Notes: a model not told the origin generated them from the letters alone. Counted from the stretch's first letter, positions 39,643-51,904 are shown. The stretch: DNA of 64,000 bases from a virus (IMGVR_UViG_3300032030_000007:32001-96000), one strand, 5' to 3'. Program-made: numbers and translations.

Positions 39643-40722
39643 TTATTTATTTAACCATTCTTTTAATTCTTCTATATCCCAAAATTCAATATAGTTTAAA
39701 TTGTTTTGTTTTACAATATTTCTTTTATTAACATCTCTTATTGTCCAAGTTTCTAATTCTAAATCATATCTACTAACAGATTTATTTGTTTCTTTATGCC
39801 TACGTTCTGCCTTTTGTTTTAATATTTCTATATCTTTTGAATCTTCTTCTGTTCCTAAATATGGACGCCCATGATGAAATTGTCCATATTGACATTCTAT
39901 AAAAAGATCTAAACTTGGAATATAAAAATCACAATTAAAAGGATAACGATCATTATCTTTATAATGATGAATAACATCAGGATATTTTTGTTTTAATAAA
40001 TCATATGATTCTAATTCTGTTTTTGATGTATGAAATGAATTATTTTTTCTTTTAGTTTCATATTCTTTTTCTTTAATAAAATCTAAATATCTTATATGTA
40101 TAACTCCATATTTTTCTAACCAAGTTTGCTCTCTTGTTTTATATATTTTTTCTTTTATTTCTTCAACTTTTGCTACATTATCAACTCCGTATTTTTCTAA
40201 ACATGTATTAACTTTTTTAATTTTAATATCATCAATTATTTCTTTAACTTTAAATGAATTATCAACTCCATATTTCTCTAAACAAGTTTGTTTGTATTTA
40301 TTTTGTGCTTCTTTAGTTTTAAAAATATTATCAACTCCATATTTCTCTAAACAAGTTTCTTTACATTTTTTTCTATTATTATAATTTCCTTCTCCATATT
40401 TTTTAATAGAATTTTGAATTCTTAATTTAGATATTTCTGGATCCAAATTACCACACTTAGGTGAGCAATAGTCATTAAATAATTTTTCTTTATGATTATT
40501 AAAATTAACATGACCGCCACAATATTTACAAACAGGTCTTATTTCAATATTATATTTAATTCTATAAATAGTTTCACATAATGATTCAGAATCATTATAA
40601 CGATTAATCAAATAATTATATATATCAATATTTTTATTTAACCAACTTTGTCTAATTCTTGAATGTAAATATTTATTATCTTTAAAAAATATTTTTATAA
40701 TTAAATCATCATTAATATTCAT
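39643..40722 (-). mobile_element. Putative free-standing homing endonuclease (CLEKYGVDN repeats plus PD-(D/E)XK/Vsr-like C-terminus)
   Basis: CKYC/YCSPKC zinc motif, four LEKYGV repeats, CDFYIPSLDLFIECQ...HH; very AT-rich; sits between nrdD and nrdG. Confidence 0.7.
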
Positions 40723-40723
40723 A

Positions 40724-43084
40724 TTAGTGTTTTATATGTTTGACTCTATGTCTAAATTCATCTTGTTTTGCAAAATTAAAATGTTTAACTGTTGTTGATA
40801 AATAACCAGTGACACGACCTAATTCATCTATTTCTTTACTTCCACATTTTGGACATTCTGTTAATGTAGTGTCCCATATTCTTTCATGGCAATTATGGCA
40901 CTGATTGATTTTTACATTAATCGCGAAGTATGGTACATCATGTTCCATTGCATAATCAACAATCTTTTCAACTGCATCAATATTATAATAGCAATTACTT
41001 GGTAATTCGGTATAGACAATACATCCAGCATTTGAATACCCCGTTAGTTGACTTTCGATATCAATCTTTTCAAATGGATTACATTCATGCCATACAGGTA
41101 CATGAATACTATTTGTAAACCATTTCTTTTCTTCCTTTTCTCCATTTTCATTGATAATATATGTTACATTTTCTTGTTCAAATCCTGGATTCATTTGTTT
41201 AAATTTCTTTAACGCAGTACCACAAAGTGATTCGGCTGGAGTATAGTATACACCAATATTAAGTTTATATTGCTGTTTATATTCAGCACAACGTTTCTTA
41301 AATAATCCTTCAATTAATTTTGCATATTCCATTCCTTTTGGTGTGGTATGATCAAATTGGAATATAATTTGTAATGTTTCTGCAAGACCTAATTGACCTA
41401 ATGCTAATGTACCATGCTTTAATGCAGATATAATTCCTTCTTCTGGTTTATATCCCATCATTGTACCATTTTCATACATGAATTTACCAGATTTTGGAGA
41501 TTGTGAAGCAATATGATTAAATCTTTCAATTAATGTATCTTTAGCTTCTCCGATTTTCTTATCAAGTATATTCATAAACTCAATGAATACTTCTTCATTT
41601 GAATATACTCTGTTTTCTTTATTAGCTTTCTTTTCAACTTTTTGTTTTGCTAATAAAGCCAATGTTGGCATAATGACTGTAACTGGGCAAATATTACCAC
41701 GTCCATCTTTCTTTTGTGGATTAACACCAGGTTCTGCATTAATATCAGCGCCATTATATGTGCGGCATCCCATTGTGCTTACATAAGTTGTTGGATCATT
41801 CTTATCATAACCTGCATTAACTGACCAATCAACATTACAGTAATTAGGATATATACGCATAGATGTTGATTTTAATGCCAAACGTTTCAAATCGTAGTTT
41901 GGAGTTCCTGGCTTATCATTAACACCTTTCATATATTGAAATATACCACATGGGAATATTGATGTAACACCCTTTGAACCAAGACCTTCCATTGATACAT
42001 CAAGTAATGCACGTGTTACCATACGGCCTTCAGGTTCTGTACAAGTTCCATAGTTGATAGACGTAAAGGGGAGCTGATTGCCTGAACGACTTTGCAAAGT
42101 ATTTAAGTTGTGATAGAGTCCTTCTACTGCTTGATATGTTTCACGTTTTGTGTCATCTAAAGCACGTTGTCTAATCTTAAGATCTAATGAATCTTTATTT
42201 GCAAACTTAAAATCTTTATCTTTTAATTTAGTTTCAATATAAAATTCAGTAACTTTATTTTCAGTCCAATGCTTATATGCTTCATAATCCATAGACAAGA
42301 TATCTAATTCATAAAACGCATCTAAATGTTGTATCCAATCTACTATATAATGCTTTCTAAATGATTTACGAACATAAGGTACCATTGTCCAATCTAAATG
42401 TGAAGCTGATACACCACCAAACTGTTGCAATGATTGTAATTGGAATAATACAGCAACCAATTGCATAGCTGTATTGACTGAACCTGCAGGACGTACATCT
42501 GTCTGACGTGTCTTAAACCCATTAGCAAGTTGATCATCAAGTGGCATTGTTAAACAATTATGACGTCCATCAGCCCATGCATCCAAATCATGTATATAAA
42601 CCATATTCTTTTCATGATTACGACGGCTAGTCTTGGACATCATCTTAAGAGCTTGGTCTTTACAAACAACACTTGCTGCTTCTCCAACTCTACCACCATA
42701 AGATTCCTCATCTAAGTTTGCATTCTGATTTTGAATATTTTTACCAAACAATGCTGTCTGAACATCTTTAATCAAATCTGATTTCTGTTCTCTTATTTCT
42801 TCTCTTTTTCTACGATAATTAATGAATGCTTCTACAACTTCAAACTTATTTCTTTTAATTAATTCCTTTTGAATAACATCATTAATTTCTTCTACTCCAG
42901 TACCTGCTCCATTGTTTTTAATGATTACTTTTTCTACAGATTCTTTTACTTGTTCCAAAAATTTATCAGGTACTTCTTGTTCTACTGCTTTAAACGCTTT
43001 TGATACAGCATCTACTATTTTTATAAAATTATACTCTTGTATTGTTCCATCTCTTTTGATAATATTCATCTTTTCATAATGCAA
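40724..43084 (-). CDS. nrdD: Anaerobic ribonucleoside-triphosphate reductase
   Basis: ATP cone (IIKRDG), HNCL, MGCRT, TPAESL, TNSIHVPV, C-terminal CxxC..CxxC and RVTGYL glycyl-radical motif. Confidence 0.97.
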   Translation of the reverse strand: MHYEKMNIIKRDGTIQEYNFIKIVDAVSKAFKAVEQEVPDKFLEQVKESVEKVIIKNNGAGTGVEEINDVIQKELIKRNKFEVVEAFINYRRKREEIREQKSDLIKDVQTALFGKNIQNQNANLDEESYGGRVGEAASVVCKDQALKMMSKTSRRNHEKNMVYIHDLDAWADGRHNCLTMPLDDQLANGFKTRQTDVRPAGSVNTAMQLVAVLFQLQSLQQFGGVSASHLDWTMVPYVRKSFRKHYIVDWIQHLDAFYELDILSMDYEAYKHWTENKVTEFYIETKLKDKDFKFANKDSLDLKIRQRALDDTKRETYQAVEGLYHNLNTLQSRSGNQLPFTSINYGTCTEPEGRMVTRALLDVSMEGLGSKGVTSIFPCGIFQYMKGVNDKPGTPNYDLKRLALKSTSMRIYPNYCNVDWSVNAGYDKNDPTTYVSTMGCRTYNGADINAEPGVNPQKKDGRGNICPVTVIMPTLALLAKQKVEKKANKENRVYSNEEVFIEFMNILDKKIGEAKDTLIERFNHIASQSPKSGKFMYENGTMMGYKPEEGIISALKHGTLALGQLGLAETLQIIFQFDHTTPKGMEYAKLIEGLFKKRCAEYKQQYKLNIGVYYTPAESLCGTALKKFKQMNPGFEQENVTYIINENGEKEEKKWFTNSIHVPVWHECNPFEKIDIESQLTGYSNAGCIVYTELPSNCYYNIDAVEKIVDYAMEHDVPYFAINVKINQCHNCHERIWDTTLTECPKCGSKEIDELGRVTGYLSTTVKHFNFAKQDEFRHRVKHIKH

Positions 43085-43353
43085 AATATATTTTTATATT
43101 CCTTTTCTATTTAGTATAAAATAGATTTTTATGTAAATTATTTTTATTTTTATAAGACAAAAATACTTGAGTATGTTAGTATATTATCCCATACCCAAGC
43201 CTATATTGCCTCTATATATTACTTAGGTAAAATTAGTAATTTCGTATATATAAAAATAACCATTTTACATAAATATAATAGGATGCTTTTCAAATATTAT
43301 ATGTGTATTTTACAAATAATATATTCAAAATAATGAAAAATTTTTCACAATTT

Positions 43354-43572
43354 TTACTTATACCGATAACAGATTCTTCCTTTAGTCAAATCATACGGAC
43401 TCATTTCTACTTTTACCCTATCGCCAGTCATAAGTCGAATATAATTCATACGAATTTTTCCAGATATATGACATATGATTTCTATGCCATTATCTAATTC
43501 AACTCTAAACATAGCATTTGAAAGTTCTTGAATAATCTGTCCGTCTTGTGTAATTGCGCTTTGTTTACTCAT
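43354..43572 (-). CDS. infA: Translation initiation factor IF-1
   Basis: [13 protein letters not shown]...HISGKIR...[18 protein letters not shown]; Bacteroidales-like. Confidence 0.97.
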   Translation of the reverse strand: MSKQSAITQDGQIIQELSNAMFRVELDNGIEIICHISGKIRMNYIRLMTGDRVKVEMSPYDLTKGRICYRYK

Positions 43573-43620
43573 TCTTAAATATATTTTTTAATTATATAAT
43601 AAATTTATCCTAATGTTTTA

Positions 43621-44670
43621 TTAACCTAATGATTTATTTTTTAGTATTTTAATGAACTGTTTTTGAGTTAATGTACAACCTGCAGCACCAGGATGACCAC
43701 CACCTTTATAATGTTCCTTCATAAAGTCTCCACAATGGAAATAATCATTATTCCAATGCTTTCCTTCAGAATCAATATTATATAATGATACTACCCAGTT
43801 TCCATTTTTCTCATGCTTGAATACAATACCATTTGCACACGTATCAATAACTGATTTGAACATTGTAGAATTGGATGCTCCCTGATGGAATATAGCACAA
43901 GCAGGTCTCCATGTTGGATTATCACCAACCATACCAGTCATAATCTTCCACGAAGTATCACCAGATGTTTTAATAATGTTTTCCATTACTTTATCATCAT
44001 ATGTATTTATAATATGTCCAGTATTATACATATCATCAATGATCATACGATCTTTTGTAAGATCTAGATCATCATCATAACATTTTCTGATAATACCTAT
44101 AAGTGATTTAATTGAACCTAAATCAAGATCATATGTATTTGTTACACCTTTATTAACGTCTCTTACATATTCAAAATCATATCCTTCTCTTTCATATGAC
44201 CATGAATCCCATGCTGAAAGAATTCTAAGTAACTCAGGAACTTTCTTTTCATTATATGCTTCATCAAATGGATCATATAAGAATTTCCAAACATTCAAAA
44301 TTGCAGAACGATTTGTATCTCTAACTCCAAGGGCATCATAAAATTTATATTCAAAAGAAGCCTTAATAATAGGGGCATGATGATCACACCAAGTAAATTG
44401 ATTACCAAATTCCTTAAAAATTTTCTTCATATACTTTGGATCATTAAAAGAAATATCTGTCATTATGATATTCTCAAAATCCTCATGTAATTTTTCTACT
44501 GTGTTTTCTTTAGCAAATGTTTCCAACATATTATAGTTGGCACCAAGGAAACAAATATCTTCAAGCTTAATTTTAAGATCATTTGTTAAATAATCATAAA
44601 ATAATGCAGCTGAAAATAATCCATCATTATCTTCATTGTGATAAATAATCAAGTATTTCTTTCTATCCAT
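43621..44670 (-). CDS. DHH/DHHA1 phosphoesterase
   Basis: YHNEDNDG, TDIS, CDHH, GGGHPGAAG. Confidence 0.9.
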   Translation of the reverse strand: MDRKKYLIIYHNEDNDGLFSAALFYDYLTNDLKIKLEDICFLGANYNMLETFAKENTVEKLHEDFENIIMTDISFNDPKYMKKIFKEFGNQFTWCDHHAPIIKASFEYKFYDALGVRDTNRSAILNVWKFLYDPFDEAYNEKKVPELLRILSAWDSWSYEREGYDFEYVRDVNKGVTNTYDLDLGSIKSLIGIIRKCYDDDLDLTKDRMIIDDMYNTGHIINTYDDKVMENIIKTSGDTSWKIMTGMVGDNPTWRPACAIFHQGASNSTMFKSVIDTCANGIVFKHEKNGNWVVSLYNIDSEGKHWNNDYFHCGDFMKEHYKGGGHPGAAGCTLTQKQFIKILKNKSLG

Positions 44671-44743
44671 ATTTAATTAAATATTATTGTAAAAATAATA
44701 TAGTAACTTTTTTAATTTATTTAAATAAAAAGAACCTAATTAA

Positions 44744-44998
44744 TTAGGTTCTTTTATTATATGGTACTTGAGGATCTAAAGCAAAATTGACTCCCCCATA
44801 AAATCCCATATCATGTATTTTTCTAAAGAAATCAACTAATGGAAAACCCTCTTCCTCAGTTTTCTTAATGTCTTCTGCTATATCAAAATAATCAACCAAA
44901 TAATTAAATACATCTTCCCATCTGTCCTTTTTCTGTTTTTCCATTTCTACAATAAATTCAGATGGTAACTGTTTTAGTTGGTCATTTATATTGATCAT
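44744..44998 (-). CDS. Hypothetical protein
   Basis: 84-aa ORF. Confidence 0.6.
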   Translation of the reverse strand: MININDQLKQLPSEFIVEMEKQKKDRWEDVFNYLVDYFDIAEDIKKTEEEGFPLVDFFRKIHDMGFYGGVNFALDPQVPYNKRT

Positions 44999-45009
44999 TT
45001 ATATTAAAA

Positions 45010-45273
45010 TCATTGTTTTTCTATAATAGCTTCATATTTACCAGATTTTAAACAACAATTCTTGTATTTTTTTCCGCTTTTGCAAGGACATGGGTCATTA
45101 CGACCAATCTTTTTATATTCTCTTACTTTCTGCGTATGAGCTTTCTTCCATGCTTGTGCTAATTCTTCTAATTGCTTCATTTGATTATTTTGAATAGCAG
45201 TCTCCATTGATTCTTTACTTTGATAATTCTTTTCAGAAAGCTGAGTAGCATCCATTATCATTCCTGTTTGCAT
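45010..45273 (-). CDS. SEC-C motif protein (start likely MQTG)
   Basis: [20 protein letters not shown]; the longer start falls inside a terminator-like hairpin. Confidence 0.85.
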   Translation of the reverse strand: MQTGMIMDATQLSEKNYQSKESMETAIQNNQMKQLEELAQAWKKAHTQKVREYKKIGRNDPCPCKSGKKYKNCCLKSGKYEAIIEKQ

Positions 45274-45383
45274 ATTGATATTATCTATATATTTATATAA
45301 AAATAGTAATATTATTTTACAAATTAAAAAATGCAGAGATATAAAATACCTCTGCATCTAACTCGCATTATGTTTTCTAAATA

Positions 45384-46517
45384 TTAGAATGGAAGATCAT
45401 CAGTTGATTCCTCTACAGCATGAGCTGTAGGTTCTTCAGTCTTTGGAGCTTCCTCCTCAGTTTCTTTCTTAGTTTCTTCCTTATCTAATCCAAATCCTTC
45501 ATAAGATTTTTCATCTTCAGGATCATTACCTGCAAGTACGATCTTAATCCAACGATCTACACGAGCCTTAACTGTATCACTCCATGGCTTATATGAAAGT
45601 TCCTCTTCAATATTTGGACATACAGACTTAATCTGCTCAAGTACCTTAGTATAGATCTTTCCAAGTTCAGCAGTATTTGGATCTGCTTTGATTTTAGCTT
45701 CCATTTCAGCTCTTGCAGCAGGATCTTTACTATCCCAAACTGGTTCCATAGCAGTAATGTAGTTATTCAATATAACCTTTTCATTATCATTAAGCATTGG
45801 AGAACCATCAGGATTAATACAGCTTACAGGACGACGTGAGAATTCACCAAGATACTTAGTATCACGACCATAAGTTTCATCACCAGGATTACCTGCACCA
45901 GGAATTACTTCCAATTCAATTGAATTACCGAAAAGATAATCCATTACAGGAATCTTAGCTTTCTTTGATTCTACTGAAGGATGAATCTTAGCATCAATCT
46001 GTAACCAAATAGCCTTTGGACATTTCCAGAACAAATACTTACCTACCTTATCTGGTTGGTTTTCATCTTCAAGAACCTGTACAACTACATAACGAGCATA
46101 ACGCTTGTCGAATAATCCCTTACCACCTTTATCCTTTGGTAAAGCCTGGTCATAAAGAATCTTATCCATACCACCATTCTCTGGCTTTGCAAAATGACAT
46201 TTCTTCCATGCTTTAAAGATAGGACATTCATCTTTCTTATTAACAGTTAATGCACTGATAACAGTTAACCAACCATCCTTATCATGTAAAGCGTATGCTT
46301 GTTGTTCAAGTACAGATTGTTTTGGGTTAAATGGATTATAAACTACTTTAATTGTACAACGATAATGACCGTCCTCAGATTTTGCATTAGCAGGACTAGT
46401 TTTGTAAATTAAAGGATTACCTTGTGATTTGTTTTCTGTTTGATTAAATACTTCAAGTTGTGATGGATCAAAACCTAAAAAATCATTGTCAAAATTACTC
46501 ATAAAATTTAAATTCAA
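45384..46517 (-). CDS. T4 gp32-like single-stranded DNA-binding protein
   Basis: CPI, RYARYVVVQVLED.NQPDKVGK, acidic tail ending DDLPF. Confidence 0.7.
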   Translation of the reverse strand: MNLNFMSNFDNDFLGFDPSQLEVFNQTENKSQGNPLIYKTSPANAKSEDGHYRCTIKVVYNPFNPKQSVLEQQAYALHDKDGWLTVISALTVNKKDECPIFKAWKKCHFAKPENGGMDKILYDQALPKDKGGKGLFDKRYARYVVVQVLEDENQPDKVGKYLFWKCPKAIWLQIDAKIHPSVESKKAKIPVMDYLFGNSIELEVIPGAGNPGDETYGRDTKYLGEFSRRPVSCINPDGSPMLNDNEKVILNNYITAMEPVWDSKDPAARAEMEAKIKADPNTAELGKIYTKVLEQIKSVCPNIEEELSYKPWSDTVKARVDRWIKIVLAGNDPEDEKSYEGFGLDKEETKKETEEEAPKTEEPTAHAVEESTDDLPF

Positions 46518-46690
46518 ATATTTTTACAAATTTGACAAGTACGACTTGTCTTTATTTCAATTATCTTTAATAATTATTTTAATATAGTCTTTATAAATAT
46601 ATTATTTTCAATCTTTTTACAAAATTTTTTACAAACTTTTATTGTACCTTATATTATATAAAAATAATATATTTTGTATATTTTATGATA

Positions 46691-46987
46691 CTATAAGGAA
46701 TCTTTTTCATTTAGTTTTTTAAGTATTTCTTCATAATTATTATTAAGTCTTTCTAACATTTCTTTATCTGCAAATATAGGATTTAATACTTCAACACCTT
46801 GGTATTCTTCACATAATACAGGCATAACAAGAACTTTAACAGTATCATCAAATTTACTTTCAAAGTATTTGTTTAATTGATGCAATTGAGCTATTCCACG
46901 TTGACGGCTTAAATCTTTTATGCATACATTTACGACCAATATAAGTTTATCTTTATCATGTAATAAACTTGGTAATTTAGTATCCAT
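46691..46987 (-). CDS. Hypothetical protein
   Basis: 98-aa ORF. Confidence 0.6.
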   Translation of the reverse strand: MDTKLPSLLHDKDKLILVVNVCIKDLSRQRGIAQLHQLNKYFESKFDDTVKVLVMPVLCEEYQGVEVLNPIFADKEMLERLNNNYEEILKKLNEKDSL

Positions 46988-47013
46988 TTAAAGTTAACAT
47001 ATATTTATAATAA

Positions 47014-47047
47014 AATAGAAAGATCCTGGAATCAAATTCCAGGATCT
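47014..47047 (-). terminator. Terminator after mdh
   Basis: GATCCTGGAAT/ATTCCAGGATC hairpin. Confidence 0.75.
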
Positions 47048-47079
47048 GTAAATAAAAATTCAAATATATATATAATAGG

Positions 47080-48015
47080 TTAACTTAGTGCAGCATTTAC
47101 ATTTTTTACAGCATTAACACTTGCATCAAACTTATCACGGATAGCAGGATCATTGCCTTCATAGTGTACTGATGTAATACCAGTAGCTCCAATAGTTACA
47201 GTATCGCCAATACATAGTCCAAGTGTATCATGATAAACAGAAGCAGATACAGTATTAATCTTATTAAAAGTAATCATCTTAATAGTCTCGCAGATTCCCT
47301 GAGCCGGAGCCTCCCAAGCAGATGTTCCAAGAAGCTTTGTTAAAGTAGCTCCGCCCTTCATTGTCTTCTCAACCACATCATTAATCTCTTCCTCAGTAAG
47401 ATACTCAGTAATAGGATTTCCGAATATAGTAGCAGTATGTACCATAGGAATCATTGTAGTATCTCCATGACCACCAATTACACGAGCATAAATATCACCA
47501 AGCTTCATATGGTTTACTGGAGTCTTCTCCTTCATCTTCATATAGATATTATACTTAAATCGTGCACTATCCAAAATTCCACCCATGCCAATTACTCTGT
47601 TAGCATTCTCAACACCAAGATAATTAACTACCATCTGAGTCATAGTATCCATAGGATTAGATACGACAATATAAATTGCATTTGGAGAATACTTGGTACA
47701 TCCATCCATAACCATTGTCATTACCTTAGAATTGACTCCGACTAATTCCTCACGAGTCATACCAGGCTTACGAGGAACACCAGAAGTAATAACGATGATA
47801 TCCGAATTAGCAGTCTTTGAATAATCGCCAGTTGTACCTGTCACGTTCTTAGTGTTATTAACCATCATAAGTGACTGCATAATATCCATTGCCTTACCTT
47901 CAGCAACACCCTCCTTTACGTCAAGAAGTACGATATTATCAATAATAGTCTCAGATGCAATTTTCATAGCGGCGGTTGCACCTACATTACCCGCACCAAT
48001 AATAGATACTTTCAT
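47080..48015 (-). CDS. mdh: Malate dehydrogenase (LDH-like MDH)
   Basis: GAGNVG, EGKAMD, TSGVPRKPGMTREEL (MDH Arg loop), SNPMD, LDSARF, GGHGD. Confidence 0.95.
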   Translation of the reverse strand: MKVSIIGAGNVGATAAMKIASETIIDNIVLLDVKEGVAEGKAMDIMQSLMMVNNTKNVTGTTGDYSKTANSDIIVITSGVPRKPGMTREELVGVNSKVMTMVMDGCTKYSPNAIYIVVSNPMDTMTQMVVNYLGVENANRVIGMGGILDSARFKYNIYMKMKEKTPVNHMKLGDIYARVIGGHGDTTMIPMVHTATIFGNPITEYLTEEEINDVVEKTMKGGATLTKLLGTSAWEAPAQGICETIKMITFNKINTVSASVYHDTLGLCIGDTVTIGATGITSVHYEGNDPAIRDKFDASVNAVKNVNAALS

Positions 48016-48039
48016 ATTATTTATTATATTTTATTTAAT

Positions 48040-49874
48040 TTATTTCTTTTTTGGAACAATCTTAAATGTTCTATATCCCTGTTTGATCTCAATATTTAAA
48101 AGTTTGAATATCTCAATTGGAAATTCATAACGATAAACTACATAATGTTTGTTATGACGATGCTTACCACGTTTAAAAACCTCAATATTATATCCAAATA
48201 CATATTTCTCATTTCTATGATTATCTACATATGCGGTTCCAAATTGACTAGAACAACACAAACACATTCCTCGATAAGAAGATCTAAATCTCTCTTTAGC
48301 ATCTTTTGTAGTGCCATAACCCGTAAGAATTGTAGGTTTAATTCCAATTGTAAACTTCATATTTCTAATATTATTTTATTTAACGAATTTATTAATTTAT
48401 AAATATAATATAGAAATTATTTTTAAAAATTAAAATAATATATAAATTTTTTCATACTTTATAAAATTAAATTATACTAATGTTACATTATCTATCTTTG
48501 ACAAATATACTCCTTCATGATAAGGGCGACCCTGTTTAACAAGCCAGTAACACATTGCATTTCCAATATTAGGACCTGTTACAATTTCAAAATTATTCTT
48601 TAATAGAATGTCTTGAATTTTCTTTGCACTGTCACGCAAATTTTCATAATCATTGTTCTGTTTCATCTTTTGCTCTAAAACTTAAGTTATATGTATTAAT
48701 CAAGTTCATACGATCTGTTTCTCCCCACTGAGTTGCAAAAACATTAATAGTGTTCCACAGTTTTTTATGTAGGTGCCATGCATTTGCTGCAAGTTCCTCA
48801 AACTCTTTAATCATTCTTTGTTTCTCGTAGCATTCAGCAGCCAACTGAACAACGAACATTGTATTGTATTTTTCTTTGAATATTGTATTCAGAAAATCAT
48901 TAAACATTTGAATATTATGTTCATGAATTTCATATCCATAATTGAATCCTGTACGACGGTCTGAATATCGTTCATCCTTATTAGCATCTGCCATTTCAAA
49001 TACCCAGATATCATCAGCAGTTTTTATAATATCTGTCTTATATAGTTTCTGTTCGTCCTCATCAAGTTTTCTTTCCTGTTTTGCAATCAAACGAAAACTA
49101 ATATGTGTGTTTATGATATCGATTTGAATATGACCGATATTATATGGTGCAGGAAGACCGAAAATACGGCAAGTATCCCAATGTGTTTTAAAACCGTACC
49201 AATCTTCTGTGTCATAAGATTTCTCCCAACAATCATATTCAGTTATTCCGCAAGATGCAAGATACCTCTTAATGTAATTTACCAATTCTTGATGAGAAAA
49301 TGTAAAATTATGTTCTTTATACATATTTGAAATTTATTTGTTTGATAATACAATATAGTACATTATCTAAAAAATTCAAATATAATATGTATTATTGTCT
49401 TTTCTGTATTTCTGACCTTATTTCAACTTCTATTCCCAGCCTATGGCATTCTCTTGAACGTTTGTTAAATGTCATTGTGCATTCATGTTCGTATTCAAGA
49501 TTATGCGCACCCATATAACTAACAATAAAAATTAGTATTGTAAGAAATAACGAAAATAAAAATTCCATAGACTATTATCCTTTCTGTGCTTTAAATCGTT
49601 TTAAAACCTCTTTACAGAAATCTTCTTGAGTATCATATAAAATATTTTCTCCACACTCTTTTAGCATTTCACTTACAATATCATTAATATTAGCAATATC
49701 TTCCCAAGTAAGTGATTTATTTACTTTTAGGTTTTCTGATAGTGAGTCACTAATAAAATCTACAGCAGAATCAATGTTAGCTATGTCAATTACATCTGTA
49801 TCCCCGTTCCATGCAATAAAAAGCTCAATAATATTTCTGATTTTCTCTTTATCTGTCATACTTATCTCCTTCAT
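48040..49874 (-). CDS. Hypothetical proteins 48040-48360, 48472-48666, 48650-49324, 49575-49874
   Basis: Co-oriented ORFs. Confidence 0.6.
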
Positions 49875-50691
49875 ATTTCTTTTTTGTAAATATTGCCTTT
49901 ACATGAGTATAATCATTAATTGTAATATCGAAATCTTTCTTCCAGCACTGCTCCCACCAAGGAAGTCTAAATCTCTCAAAGTAATCAATATTGAAACCAT
50001 CGTTGAACATCTGAACAAGAAGATTTGTAGAAATAGGGAAATAGTTCTCATGAACCTCACGATTCCAATTTACCTTCCAACGATACTTAAGAAGAAAATG
50101 AATCAAATTACGATTATTTAAAATTGAACCCCATGTATCTTCAAATTCCTTTAACATATTGGAATCTGCATTCTGACGAATTCTAGTTTCAATCCAACTA
50201 ACTGACTTTCTATCAATATCATCAGAAGGACACATATCACGGATAATAATATAATCAAATCCTGTGTTCAGAACTCGTTTCCAAAATGTTGCAATATCGT
50301 TTTCATCTTTTGCATAAGAATAAACTTCATGAATAACTGAAGAAAGAATCAATACAGTCTTTCTATATAAATTAAATTTTTTCTCAACTTCAGACCAGTC
50401 AGTTGTAAAGATTACATCAGCATTTGCAGGACCATGATAATTTGTCTTTGCAATATCGATCATAGTCTCGGAAATATCATAACCAATATATGTCTTATTT
50501 GATGGTTTATCACTCTCGAAAATTGAAGCAAGAGCATTTATCATAGATCCGTCAGCACATCCAAAGTCAACAAAAACATAATTGTCATTTTTTGGTAGAC
50601 GGTCTAAAAAAAATAATTTATCTTCCATACCTTTTTGCATTTCTTTATTATAAAAATTAATACTTGTAAAATTTTTTCCTATTTCACACAT
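49849..50691 (-). CDS. Class I SAM-dependent methyltransferase
   Basis: VDFGCADG motif I, GYDISETM, LSSVIHEV, IIIRD. Confidence 0.85.
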   Translation of the reverse strand: MCEIGKNFTSINFYNKEMQKGMEDKLFFLDRLPKNDNYVFVDFGCADGSMINALASIFESDKPSNKTYIGYDISETMIDIAKTNYHGPANADVIFTTDWSEVEKKFNLYRKTVLILSSVIHEVYSYAKDENDIATFWKRVLNTGFDYIIIRDMCPSDDIDRKSVSWIETRIRQNADSNMLKEFEDTWGSILNNRNLIHFLLKYRWKVNWNREVHENYFPISTNLLVQMFNDGFNIDYFERFRLPWWEQCWKKDFDITINDYTHVKAIFTKKKYEGDKYDR

Positions 50692-50790
50692 ATTTATTTA
50701 TTGTTTGATCCATATATAATATAGTCAAAAAACGCAGAAATTCAAATATTAATTGAATTCCTGCTTATATAAAATATAATAAATAAAATA

Positions 50791-51860
50791 TTATGAAATA
50801 CCTAAAGTATTTGGAACTTTACCATTTGTTATTGGTGTTTCAATATGAAATATCTGTGCCTGCTGTGTAAATGGACTACCCGTGGTCACAATTGTACCAG
50901 TTATAGCTGCATTTCTTATATGATAATCTATTGCTTGTGCCAATACCTCTGCTAATGCATCAGATACCATATCATCAAATGCATCTCCAATTTCACGAGC
51001 TTTTTGTTTGCCTACTTCACTTGTATCTGCAAACTGCATTGATATAATACGTTCAACAGCAGGTACAACAATATTTTTAATTCCTGTTTCTATATGTTCT
51101 TTAAGATCATCTACCTTAAGACTCATTTATATAAACTTAAAATTTATTTATCTATTCATAATCCAACATGCAAATTCAAATAAACCTGCATATGCATCAT
51201 TAATCTGGGTTTCAGTTAACTTACCATTATTAAATGGCTTAACCATTGTGTCAACGTATTCTTGTACAATCTTATGAATCTGAAGTTTCTTATTTACATC
51301 AAGTAAATCAGATGGTCTTGTAAATTTAAATTTTTCATCTTCTTCCTTCTTATTATTTTCATAAATTGCATTACCTATCTTACGAAGTCTATCAATAATA
51401 TCATCCCCATCAATGCCAAATAACTTAAGAATGCTCAAATCACTATTCTCAAGTTGATCTAATTGCTTATTGTAGCCTTCTAAACCTTCTTTTGTAGATA
51501 AGTCAAAAACTTCAATAGATTTCTTTTTATTATCTTCCATATTTATATTATTAATTTGTTTATTAAAAATAAATAATCATTATTTAAATATAGATTATTA
51601 GTGGTATATTATTCTATTATTTTACATAATGATAAATCAATATTATTTGAATTTATTTTAATTTTAATATATTCAATGTTAATATTTGTATTTGCTTTAT
51701 CATAAATATCATAATATTCATTTTGTTTTTCAATAGTTTTAAAAATTAAAATTTTATTATGATCATTTACAAGTTGAATAGTATTTTGATTTGAATTTAA
51801 TGGTTTTTTATATTTTCTTCCTATTGCATAATAAAAGAGATCTTTCATATTAAGATACAT
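50791..51860 (-). CDS. Hypothetical proteins 50791-51126, 51148-51540, 51609-51860
   Basis: Co-oriented ORFs. Confidence 0.6.
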
Positions 51861-51904
51861 ATTATTTTTATTTAAATAAGTATATATAAAAATATAATTA
51901 GTAT

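Noticed and set aside
43085-43353. NrdR box or riboswitch upstream of nrdD
   Set aside because: Only an imperfect hairpin (about 43166-43199) is visible; no convincing consensus
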